Positions 34,240 to 43,019 of a stretch of DNA of 64,000 nucleotides are shown one piece after another; the first letter of the stretch is position 1; each line of letters opens with the position of its first letter. The translations under genes were made by a program, and so were the position numbers. Source of the DNA: an uncultured archaeon (GTDB lineage: Archaea > Hadarchaeota > Hadarchaeia > Hadarchaeales > Hadarchaeaceae); assembly GCA_937921735.1 (NCBI GenBank), contig CAKZTQ010000004.1, positions 2,249-66,248 on the forward strand, in the 5' to 3' direction. Below the pieces are notes generated by a model. It did not search any database. It was not told the DNA's origin and worked only from the letters and a program-made list of their open reading frames with translations.

Positions 34240-36165
34240 TCACCACCTATTTTTCCTTCTAGATGGCGCTATTTTATCTAACTCATCCGCCGCGTCCTTC
34301 AGCCCGAGCTCCTCCAATTTGGCCCTAGTCGGCCAACCGGTTTCCTTATCCCACTGCCTCAGCTCGTAGTATTCATCGAGCATGGGGCCTAACAGCGGGC
34401 CAGCGGTGTATCCAGTGGCCCTGCCCGTCCCGCTCTCGACCATTATTCGCTTAGGCTGGATGTCATCTTTTCGCCCGATGCCTTCTCGAGCATTAAAGCA
34501 CCTCTGCAGGTTGTAGATCCTCTCGCCGATCTTCTTCAACTCGGCGGCATCCAACTGCATGCCGGTGGCCAAGCTTATCCCCCTCGCTAGCTCCGGCCAG
34601 TAGTAAGCCGGTGGAAAGTGCGTCCCGAACTTGCAGACTATCGCGCTGTCGGTTACCGCCCCCAGCTCCTCTCCGTCCTTTACCACCATGGGCTTGTACT
34701 TGGTAGAGAGACCGTCTACTATCTCCGGCAAATATTGCTCCCCATATCTCTTAACCGCAGCATCCACGTATCCAGTTTCATCGATGCACGGGAAACCCTT
34801 AAGGTGGTCGGCCCCTCGAGTGCTCGTGACGTGGGCCAAGATGTAGGATTGCTGACTGCGCGGGTCCTGAGCTGACATCTCCATGCCCTTGATATGCATG
34901 GCATAGTATTCAGCCCCTTTGCCAAATTTCTTGGCTGCCCTAGCTACGCCCTCGGCTAGCACGTCTCCTATACCCTCTCTCCTCGCGATCTTCTCGATGA
35001 GCTCTAGCACGACCTGAGGGTCTCCCCATTCGAGCTTCATGCCACCGGTGTCCTTCTCTGAGATGATTCCCCTTTCGAAGCACTCCATGGCGAAGGCGAT
35101 GACCCCGCCGGTTGAGATCGAATCGAGACCATAGTCGTCGCAAAGCAGGTCGCCCTTGATGATGGACGCCATGTCCCTGTTCCAAGTCCTGGCACCCAGC
35201 GCATTGATGGTCTCGTACTCTATCCCTTCCGTATAGGTGCCCTTGAATGGCCCCTCCCTAACTATAGCCGCTCGGCCACAGTTGATGGGACAGGCGTAGC
35301 AGCCCGTGCGTCTGACGAGGAATTTTTTCTCCAAGACTTCACCGGAGATCTCGTTCGCGTACGGAAAGTCACCGCGCTGGAAGTTCCTGGTCGGGAAGCG
35401 GCTGATCTCGTTCATGGGATTGACCAAGCCCGGCGTGCCGTATCGAGATGTCGAGGGCGTGTATTCATCGCTCAAGATTTGTTGTTGGACCTCGCATGCA
35501 TAATCGAAAAATTCATCGTCAGCAACCTCGACATCGAGTTCACCTCTCGCAGCCACGCACTTCAGGTTTTTACTTCCCATGACGGCGCCCAAGCCAGACC
35601 TAGCAGCAGCTCTACCGCTCGTTATAATACCAGCAAAGCGAACCAAATTTTCACCCGCTGGCCCTATGCCCGCCACCTTTATCCGTTCGTCGCCATGTTC
35701 CTGTCGTACGATCCTCTCGGTCTCCCAAGTGCCCCTGCCCCAGAGATGCGACGCATCTCGTAGCTCCGCGCGACCGTCCTCCACCCAAAGGTAAACCGGT
35801 CTCTTGCTCTTACCCTGAAAGATGATCATGTCATAACCGGCGAACTTGAGCTCGGGCGCGAAGTGACCGCCAGAGTTGGCATCTCCATAAATGCCGGTAA
35901 GGGGACTCTTGCCGATCACTTCCAGTCGACCGGCAGTTGGCCAGATCGTACCCGTTAAGGGGCCAGTACTAAGGATTAATCGATTTTCGGGGCTAAAGGG
36001 ATCTACGCCTTTTGGCACCTCGTCCCACAAAACCTTCGTGCCAAAGCCGTTGCCACCTAGGTATAGTCGAGCGCGCCACTCTTCGGTCTCCACTTCTTTG
36101 ATCTCGCCCTTAGTGAGGTCCACGCGGAGATACCTGCCGGTGTATGCGGAATACTTAAAAGCCAT
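34240..36165 (-). CDS. aor: Tungsten aldehyde:ferredoxin oxidoreductase family enzyme
   Basis: KSPLTG...ANSGG, GIGPAGENLV, AAARSGLGAVMGSKNLK, CYACPINC, DDYGLDSI, TRGADHL motifs. Confidence 0.95.
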   Translation of the reverse strand: MAFKYSAYTGRYLRVDLTKGEIKEVETEEWRARLYLGGNGFGTKVLWDEVPKGVDPFSPENRLILSTGPLTGTIWPTAGRLEVIGKSPLTGIYGDANSGGHFAPELKFAGYDMIIFQGKSKRPVYLWVEDGRAELRDASHLWGRGTWETERIVRQEHGDERIKVAGIGPAGENLVRFAGIITSGRAAARSGLGAVMGSKNLKCVAARGELDVEVADDEFFDYACEVQQQILSDEYTPSTSRYGTPGLVNPMNEISRFPTRNFQRGDFPYANEISGEVLEKKFLVRRTGCYACPINCGRAAIVREGPFKGTYTEGIEYETINALGARTWNRDMASIIKGDLLCDDYGLDSISTGGVIAFAMECFERGIISEKDTGGMKLEWGDPQVVLELIEKIARREGIGDVLAEGVARAAKKFGKGAEYYAMHIKGMEMSAQDPRSQQSYILAHVTSTRGADHLKGFPCIDETGYVDAAVKRYGEQYLPEIVDGLSTKYKPMVVKDGEELGAVTDSAIVCKFGTHFPPAYYWPELARGISLATGMQLDAAELKKIGERIYNLQRCFNAREGIGRKDDIQPKRIMVESGTGRATGYTAGPLLGPMLDEYYELRQWDKETGWPTRAKLEELGLKDAADELDKIAPSRRKNRW

Positions 36166-36169
36166 TTTT

Positions 36170-36637
36170 TCAGCCTCTAAATTTCACCCAAGCCGCGCGA
36201 GTTCTCTGGGCAACGATGTTTACGTCCGCTAGGGCGAGAACTCGTTCTGGGCAGGATTTAACACAGCCCGGGTCACCATCACAAAGGTCGCACTTGATCG
36301 CCACTTTTTTATCGGCGTGTAGCGTGATGGCGCCGAACGGACATTTCTCGATGCAAAGTCCACAGCCTATACATAAGCTTTCATCGATGTACACCAAACC
36401 ACTTTCCGGGTTTTTAGTTATCGCGCGCACAGGGCAGGCCTCTACGCACGGCGGCCTCGAGCATTGGTGGCACACGACGGGGTAGCTGATGCCATACTCC
36501 GTTCGGATGACACGAATGCGCGATTTTTCCGGGTTAAAAGCCCTTTCATGTCGAAAAGAACAAGCCAACTCACAGCTGCGACAGCCGGTGCAAGTATTGA
36601 TGGGTGGGCGCTCCATTAGGACTATCCTTTTCGCCAA
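36170..36637 (-). CDS. 4Fe-4S dicluster electron-transfer subunit
   Basis: Four Cys clusters: CTGCRSCELAC, CHQCSRPPCVEACP, CIGCGLCIEKCP, KCDLCDGDPGCVKSCP. Confidence 0.95.
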   Translation of the reverse strand: MAKRIVLMERPPINTCTGCRSCELACSFRHERAFNPEKSRIRVIRTEYGISYPVVCHQCSRPPCVEACPVRAITKNPESGLVYIDESLCIGCGLCIEKCPFGAITLHADKKVAIKCDLCDGDPGCVKSCPERVLALADVNIVAQRTRAAWVKFRG

Positions 36638-36671
36638 ACTTTATCCTCCGGTTCGGGCATGATCGCAGGTC

Positions 36672-37310
36672 TTAGATCCTTTCACCCGCGAGCTTGCCGG
36701 CCTTTATCCTGTTCCACTGTTCTTTCGTCAAGCACTCGAGGGGGGTGTAGAACCCCGGATGCTTCATCTCTGGGTAAGGCTGAGGCACGAACCCAAATGC
36801 GGCGAAGAGCTTTCGCTTGCCGATGGCGCTCTCTGGAGGTGCGTATACCCTTTCGCACCCAAGCACGTCGAACCAATGCTCCAGCTTTGCCGGCCAGAGG
36901 TAGGCGCCTATCTGCAACCCACGTTTGTCGTGTCTGACCACCGTGTGCAAGCTCATCCCGGTCTTTGGGTCTACCAGCCCGCCGTTGGTGACGCCGACTA
37001 TTTCATCGCCGACCCTGCCAACGATGATGAAGTGGCTGTCCGGGTGCATGCCCGCTATGGGCCTGTTCTCCCTCCACCACAACAGCTCCGTGCAGATCTC
37101 CGCCGATACTAAATCGAACAGGTCCTTGTGGTATGATAGGTTTGGGGTCAAGGCCTCGATGATCTCGTCTATGTCGTCCTTGGTGCCGCTGCTCATTATC
37201 ATTTCCTCGCCGTTGGGTAGTATCACCCTCCTCGGTGGATAGGGCTTCATTATTTTCTTCCAATCGTACTCCGCGCCGACAGCTCCCTTCGCAAGCGGTG
37301 CTTCCTCCAT
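36672..37310 (-). CDS. GNAT-fold (N-acetyltransferase-like) protein of unknown function
   Basis: IIVGRVGDEIVG strand, KRGLQIGAYL (acetyl-CoA motif A-like), LFAAFGF (motif B-like). Confidence 0.6.
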   Translation of the reverse strand: MEEAPLAKGAVGAEYDWKKIMKPYPPRRVILPNGEEMIMSSGTKDDIDEIIEALTPNLSYHKDLFDLVSAEICTELLWWRENRPIAGMHPDSHFIIVGRVGDEIVGVTNGGLVDPKTGMSLHTVVRHDKRGLQIGAYLWPAKLEHWFDVLGCERVYAPPESAIGKRKLFAAFGFVPQPYPEMKHPGFYTPLECLTKEQWNRIKAGKLAGERI

Positions 37311-37344
37311 TCGATCCCTCCGTTTTTGATTACCTTTACAATAT

Positions 37345-37689
37345 TTAACCGCTTTCTACAGGTTCGAACCTAAATCCGTATATGTCCTTATCTCCCAGCC
37401 TACGGAGCTTTCCCCACACCGGGCGCAACTTCATGCCTATCTTCGGTTCGTCCGTCGCGATTTGCCCGAAGGCTCGCACGCCGCCGAAATCTACTATGCC
37501 CAAGGTAAGTGGAGGCATCTCGATGCCCTCGGGCAAGGTGTAAAGTTTGGTGTAGGTAACTAACGTGCACTGATTGCCCAACTCAACCTCTTCCATGTTC
37601 ATACCCTTGCAGCTCACGCATCGCTCATGTTTGGGGTACATGATTCGACCACAGCTCTTACACCTAAAGCCCATCAACTTTTGATCCAT
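37345..37689 (-). CDS. DUF35 Zn-ribbon/OB-fold acyl-CoA-binding protein
   Basis: RCKSCG..MYPKHERC..C followed by an OB fold; abuts the thiolase-fold gene. Confidence 0.93.
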   Translation of the reverse strand: MDQKLMGFRCKSCGRIMYPKHERCVSCKGMNMEEVELGNQCTLVTYTKLYTLPEGIEMPPLTLGIVDFGGVRAFGQIATDEPKIGMKLRPVWGKLRRLGDKDIYGFRFEPVESG

Positions 37690-38853
37690 CTAATCCATCC
37701 TCTCCAAGATATGTATGACGGTATTGTTCCCGAAGCCCCCGAAGTTGCAGGCGAGGGCCCGCCGAGCACCCTTGACTTGGCGTTCTCCCGCCTCCCCGCG
37801 CAGCTGCCATACCAGTTCGACGATCTGGGCGACACCGGTGGCGCCTACGGGATGACCCCTTGCCTTTAGTCCGCCTGAGGGGTTAATGGGCAATTCGCCA
37901 TCTAGTGCCGTGACCCCCTCTTCAACAGCGATGTGCCCCTTACCCTTCTCGAAGAACCCGCAGTCCTCGCTCTGCACTATCTCTAAGATCTCGAAAGCAT
38001 CGTGCAGCTCAACCACATCTATATCCTTTGGCTCCAACTTTGCCATTTCAAAAGCCTTCCTCGCGGCCAGTCGAACCGACTTTAAAACGGCTGGATCTTC
38101 CCGCTCGTGCACGGATTGCACATCGGTGGCCTGCCCCACCCCAGCTATCCTAACGGGTGTATCGCAATACTTCTTCGCCTCATCCGCGGAACATAGCACC
38201 AGCGCGGCGGCGCCATCGCTTATAGGGCAGGTATAATAGAGCCGAATAGGGTCCGCGATCAATTGTGAACCCATAGCACCTTCGATCGTGATCGCCCTTT
38301 GGATGTGGGCGTAGGGGTTCTTCAGACCATTCGCGTGATTTTTCACGGCCACCATCGCGAGGTGTCGCTCCGTGAGGCCATACCGCTCCATGTAAAGCCG
38401 CGTCAACATCGCGGCGAGCGCGGGCAAGGTTACCCCGTGCAAGTATTCGGCAGTTGGATGGGTCATCGTTGACACTAAGTCGGTGATGACATCGGTGTCG
38501 GCGCTGGTCATCTTTTCTCCACCCGCGACGAGCACGAGGTCCGCTAAACCCGATGCGACGGCCAAAAATCCATTTTTGACCGCCGAAGCGCCTGATGCCG
38601 GGCCGTTCTCCACCCTATCCGCCGCCGCAGGGAACAAGGCGATCCTATCCACAAGGGCACTAGCGATCGCGGTCTGATGTACGAGCTCTCCAGCCATCAT
38701 ATTTCCAACGTAAACCGCGTCAAACTCTTTATCGCGAACCCCAGCGTCCTCTATCGCCTTCAGAGAGGCTTCCACCAAAATATCCATCAAGTCCTTTCCT
38801 TCAAGCCTGCCGAACTTCGTCATCCCGCATCCTATTATCGCAACATCCCTCAA
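37690..38853 (-). CDS. Thiolase-fold protein (SCP2-type) lacking the nucleophilic cysteine
   Basis: VAVKNH.NG..NP.AH, PISDGAAA, HDAF, NPSGGLKARGHPVGATG motifs; the usual ExACASG reads ENGPASG. Confidence 0.9.
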   Translation of the reverse strand: MRDVAIIGCGMTKFGRLEGKDLMDILVEASLKAIEDAGVRDKEFDAVYVGNMMAGELVHQTAIASALVDRIALFPAAADRVENGPASGASAVKNGFLAVASGLADLVLVAGGEKMTSADTDVITDLVSTMTHPTAEYLHGVTLPALAAMLTRLYMERYGLTERHLAMVAVKNHANGLKNPYAHIQRAITIEGAMGSQLIADPIRLYYTCPISDGAAALVLCSADEAKKYCDTPVRIAGVGQATDVQSVHEREDPAVLKSVRLAARKAFEMAKLEPKDIDVVELHDAFEILEIVQSEDCGFFEKGKGHIAVEEGVTALDGELPINPSGGLKARGHPVGATGVAQIVELVWQLRGEAGERQVKGARRALACNFGGFGNNTVIHILERMD

Positions 38854-38859
38854 CTTCGT

Positions 38860-39285
38860 TCACCGGCTTTTAGCCGTTCGTCCCTTTTCTTTAAAAACTT
38901 TTCGCAGCTTCCCCCTTAGGTCCCGCATGTTTTTGTACTCGATTAAAATAGCGTTCGGCAGGCCTCGGATCATCCAGGACAACTTCGTCCCGGTTTTATA
39001 AACGCAGATAATTTCCTTCCCGAGCAGGTGCGCCAGCATGAGCTCCATGCCGACACCGTGACTCGGCGTCGATACTTCGGCGACGATGGTATCGCACTCC
39101 CTCACGCCACTTGTGTCCCTTTTGAATACTTCCGCTTCGCTAAGTCCACCATTTGGATCCCTTTTCAGGACCCAGCCGGAGATTATTTCGTGACCGGTGG
39201 TTTTTATTATCTGCGCGATCTCCCTGGCAATTTCGATGTCCCTGTTCGCGACCAGAGGAACGGATAGGTAGATCCTCTTACGCAC
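38860..39285 (-). CDS. Nucleoside 2-deoxyribosyltransferase / DNPH1(RCL)-like N-glycosidase
   Basis: IYLSVPL, RD....ECD.IVAEVSTPSHGVGMEL motifs. Start taken at GTG 39285. Confidence 0.85.
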   Translation of the reverse strand: MRKRIYLSVPLVANRDIEIAREIAQIIKTTGHEIISGWVLKRDPNGGLSEAEVFKRDTSGVRECDTIVAEVSTPSHGVGMELMLAHLLGKEIICVYKTGTKLSWMIRGLPNAILIEYKNMRDLRGKLRKVFKEKGRTAKSR

Positions 39286-39372
39286 TAACCCCACCTCTAG
39301 CAACCACGCCGCTCGATAAATCCGACCGGTGGGTTTAAAAAACGATATGTAAACCAGAGCTGAGGGTCGAGC

Positions 39373-40347
39373 ATGAGGTTGGGCAGGGATTACACGAATT
39401 GCCTGGCGTTCGATTACCTCACCGAGGAGGAGAAACTGGACGTCATATATGGTCGGATCGATCTATCATCGCTAAGCGTCATCTCGCTCGCTAAGGCCAA
39501 GATGGATGTAGAGCGGCAGATCGAGGTGACCAAAGAGCTAGGCTTTCACCACGTAGAGCTCGACGCGGACCCGCCGAACCCTTACTTGAACTTCGACGGT
39601 CCTCGCAGGAAGGGTATCCTCGAAACCGCAGAGTCCTATGATGTAACGCTCTCCCTACACCTGCCATACAGTTACGTGGGCGGAAGCGCATGTTGTCCGC
39701 AGGAGGATGATCGCGCCATCGCGGTGGAACTTCACAAGAGGTGCATCGAATTCGCCTCCGATATCGGCGCTGAGTACGTCACCATGCACCCCGGAAGTAC
39801 GCCCACCTACCACAGGTTCGGGAGGTATCGCGATCTGGCGCGGGAGGCTTTGATTCGTAGCCTCGTTGAGACGGGCCGATTCGCTCAAAACTTAGGCTTG
39901 ATATTATGCCTCGAGAACAACACCGCATTCGATGATATCTTCAGCGAGCCGAACGAATGCTTGGCGGTGATCGAGGAGGTCCGAGAGCTAGGCGTAGACA
40001 TCTACTTCAACTTCGACATAGGGCACTGGTTCACTAGGCTTGACGTGGGTAAACCCATCCCGGAATCTCCAGAAAGTGTGATGGATTCGTTGCCGCCCGA
40101 TGTGCTGAAAGTGTTGCACCTCAACGACTACGTGCCCGGTGAGAGGATGTTTCACCCTCCACTACACTTGGAATGGGGACTTTTGAAGCGCGGTAACCTC
40201 GAGCGTTACGCGAAAATCGTAAAGCGTAAGGGCGTCGAGGTCGTCGTGCTAGAGACCGCGTTGAAATCCATCGGACAGGTGCTGGAGCGCTACGAGCTGC
40301 TCAGGGCCGAAAGCCACTACATCCTAGACATCTTCGAGGAAGCGTAA
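39373..40347 (+). CDS. Xylose isomerase-like TIM barrel (sugar-phosphate isomerase/epimerase family)
   Basis: VELDAD, SLHLPY, VTMHPG, LCLENN, FDIGHW, VLHLND metal-binding pattern. Confidence 0.85.
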   Translation: MRLGRDYTNCLAFDYLTEEEKLDVIYGRIDLSSLSVISLAKAKMDVERQIEVTKELGFHHVELDADPPNPYLNFDGPRRKGILETAESYDVTLSLHLPYSYVGGSACCPQEDDRAIAVELHKRCIEFASDIGAEYVTMHPGSTPTYHRFGRYRDLAREALIRSLVETGRFAQNLGLILCLENNTAFDDIFSEPNECLAVIEEVRELGVDIYFNFDIGHWFTRLDVGKPIPESPESVMDSLPPDVLKVLHLNDYVPGERMFHPPLHLEWGLLKRGNLERYAKIVKRKGVEVVVLETALKSIGQVLERYELLRAESHYILDIFEEA

Positions 40348-40386
40348 GCAAAAATAAAAGGACAGCTCGTTAGATTTTATGGCTGC

Positions 40387-41502
40387 TCACTTGCGCTTTG
40401 CCATGAAGATTGCCGCGACGATCGCTATTACGACGATCACCGCTATCGCCACATAGAGCCATGGAATTTCGGTCTTGGGCGGCGGTGCCTCGACCTCCGC
40501 GATCGCCTTGCAGATCGCGGTGTTCTCCACTCCCGTGCCCGTCGCCCTAACCGTGATGGTCGTGGAATCGCGGTTCTCAGCATTTGCCGGTATCGTTATC
40601 CGTAGGGTTGCCGTTCCATCCTCGCCGGCCGTCAGCGTGAGGGTCGTCGGTGAGATAGTTGGCCCCCAACCCAGAGTATCCGTTACGCTGAGCGTGTAGT
40701 TGTCGCCGACGGTACCCGTGTTCCTAACCGTGACGGTATAGGTGAGGATATCTTCCGGCTTTCCAGTTTGGGTCGTCGGCGAGATCGTCACCTGCACTCC
40801 TCGTTGTTCCGTGGGCGGTGGGGGCGAGGGAGGTGCGCCGATGGAGTAGGTGATCTTCAGGTAAGGACGAGGTTGATCCTCGGCCGCGTCTTTGGAATAG
40901 AACCAAACCACAGCGTCGTCTGTCCCCTCGTTCTTCGACATCAGACCAAGGCTGACGATCTTGTCCCCCGCGAACTGGCTAACGACAAAGGAGGTCACGT
41001 CCCACTCGACGTACACGCCGGAGCCCTCTATTGTTTTGGTATCGAGGATGGCGCCCATAGGTGGCGCTGTGTTCCAGGTCAGCGTTGTCTCGCTCCAGGT
41101 GTCGCTCTCCACCTCCTTTGCGTCGACCGTTATGACTTTTGAAGTGTACGGCGGTTCACCTATGGATGGCGTGTATTTATTGTACAGCCCAAGCACGGCT
41201 TTCTCGATCACCGCTTCAGCAGGGAGATTGCGTAGGTCGAACTTTAGATAAATCCTCTCCGATAGGTATCTTTGCTCGTCCCAGCCAACGTACATGTTGT
41301 ATCTCTTACCACCATCTGAGACAGTATCCGGTTGACCTTCCATGACATGCGAATCCTCGATCGGTAGCAGTTGGACTGTTGCTGGCGACGCGGTTACTGA
41401 GCCTGCGGCGACGTAGCTAAGCTGCGCGTAAAAAATCGCTGATGTAATCGTTAGGGCCAAAATTAACGTCAACGGCGAAATCTCCTTAGATCCGCTCCTC
41501 AT
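40387..41502 (-). CDS. Membrane-anchored surface protein: DNRLRE domain + Pro linker + Ig-like domain + C-terminal TM
   Basis: Signal peptide; IEDSHV...YLKFDL...WSETTLTWNTAP...WDVT...RPYL; PPSPPPP linker; TVTVRNTG...DNYTL; TM helix and KRK tail. Confidence 0.85.
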   Translation of the reverse strand: MRSGSKEISPLTLILALTITSAIFYAQLSYVAAGSVTASPATVQLLPIEDSHVMEGQPDTVSDGGKRYNMYVGWDEQRYLSERIYLKFDLRNLPAEAVIEKAVLGLYNKYTPSIGEPPYTSKVITVDAKEVESDTWSETTLTWNTAPPMGAILDTKTIEGSGVYVEWDVTSFVVSQFAGDKIVSLGLMSKNEGTDDAVVWFYSKDAAEDQPRPYLKITYSIGAPPSPPPPTEQRGVQVTISPTTQTGKPEDILTYTVTVRNTGTVGDNYTLSVTDTLGWGPTISPTTLTLTAGEDGTATLRITIPANAENRDSTTITVRATGTGVENTAICKAIAEVEAPPPKTEIPWLYVAIAVIVVIAIVAAIFMAKRK

Positions 41503-41584
41503 CCCAAGCCTCCTTTTAATGGGTAACTAGATGAATTTCAAAAACTTCCATATATAAAGGTTGCTGGACGATGAAGCGCGTCGC

Positions 41585-42946
41585 TCAAAGACGCGATTCG
41601 CCGACCAACGTTCGAAGCACCGGCGGCGTCGGGAACACGTCCGGTCTCGACGTGGGCGAGATCTCTCCGGAGATGTTCGTCCGCATCAGGCTAGAGATCT
41701 CCTCTTGGCTGAGGTCGTGACCTAGGAGCCACATGAGTTTGACGTAAGCCGTCTCAGGAAGCATGTCCTCGCCGGGTATGACGCCCAGGCTCAAAAGTTC
41801 CCTGCCGGTGGAGTAGACCTTCATGTCCACCCTCCCCCATATGCACTGCGACGTCATCACCACGGGTACCCCGAGCTTTACCGCCCTCCTTATGCTTTTA
41901 TATAGCATCCTCGGCGCATGACCTAGACCGGTGCCCTCGAGCACGATGCCCTTGTAGCCCTCATCGAGTAGCGAATCTATGATGTCACCCTTTATGTTCG
42001 GGAAGACTTTGACGAGAGCCACCTTGGGCTCGAACTTGGCATCGAGCTCGACCTTCCCTTCCGGCCTCGCGCGGTTATAATCCTGCCTGAACGTCGTCAC
42101 CTCGCCATTTCTTACCATGCCTATGGGGATATCGTTGATCGTCTGAAAGGTGTCACGGCGGCTGGTGTGACACTTCCTGACCTTGGTGCCGCGGTGGATG
42201 AGACAGAAATCGTCGTCGGTAGAGCCATGCATCACCACGCAAACCTCGGCGATATCCGACTTGCCCGCTACCGCGACGGCGCTTATGAGGTTCAGCGCGG
42301 CGTCGCTGCTCGGGCGATCGGAGGAGCGTTGCGACCCCACCAGCACGACTGGTCTAAATAAGCCCTTTAACATGAAGCTTAACGCGGCGGCAGTATAACC
42401 CATGGTATCCGTGCCATGTGCCACGACCACGCCGTCCGCGCCAGCGTTCAGCTTCTTGGCCACAGCCCTGCCTATCCTCGCCCAAAGCTGCGAGGTCATG
42501 TTTTCGCTGAGGACATTGCATACCTCCATGACTTCAATGTTCGCCAAGCCCGCGAGCTCCGGCACCGCGCTGTAGATCTCCTGAGGGGTAAAGGCCGGGT
42601 AGACGGCCCCCGTTCTATAATCGATGCGGCACGCAACGGTGCCCCCCGTACCAAGGATGGTGACGTCCGGCTTTGCGGGGTCGCGTTTAACTTCGAGCGG
42701 TGGTAAACCCAGCTTTGGAAGTTTCCCCTTTTCGATCTTGGTGATTTTCGTTTCCTTGGTTATCTTAACCCCTAAGTTGTACCCGTTTGGTAGTTTTATC
42801 ACAACGTGGTTTGGGTCACCGAGCTCGCTCCTCGGCATCAGGATTCCCTCGTAAGTTCGGTCACCTTTCTCCACCCTTATCCTGTCGCCAACTTCTATCT
42901 CCAATGATTTTAGTAGCCTCAGGGCCTTGCCGCGATAGCCGAACAT
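41585..42946 (-). CDS. gatD: Glutamyl-tRNA(Gln) amidotransferase subunit D
   Basis: N-terminal KLPNGYNLG domain; TGGT, HGTDT, SQRSSDRPSSDA, HTSRRDTF motifs. Confidence 0.97.
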   Translation of the reverse strand: MFGYRGKALRLLKSLEIEVGDRIRVEKGDRTYEGILMPRSELGDPNHVVIKLPNGYNLGVKITKETKITKIEKGKLPKLGLPPLEVKRDPAKPDVTILGTGGTVACRIDYRTGAVYPAFTPQEIYSAVPELAGLANIEVMEVCNVLSENMTSQLWARIGRAVAKKLNAGADGVVVAHGTDTMGYTAAALSFMLKGLFRPVVLVGSQRSSDRPSSDAALNLISAVAVAGKSDIAEVCVVMHGSTDDDFCLIHRGTKVRKCHTSRRDTFQTINDIPIGMVRNGEVTTFRQDYNRARPEGKVELDAKFEPKVALVKVFPNIKGDIIDSLLDEGYKGIVLEGTGLGHAPRMLYKSIRRAVKLGVPVVMTSQCIWGRVDMKVYSTGRELLSLGVIPGEDMLPETAYVKLMWLLGHDLSQEEISSLMRTNISGEISPTSRPDVFPTPPVLRTLVGESRL

Positions 42947-43019
42947 CCAAATACCAGCTAAAACCTACTTGCGGCAGGAATATAAATTAAGTTACAGATT
43001 TTTAATTGCGGGAGGTTGA

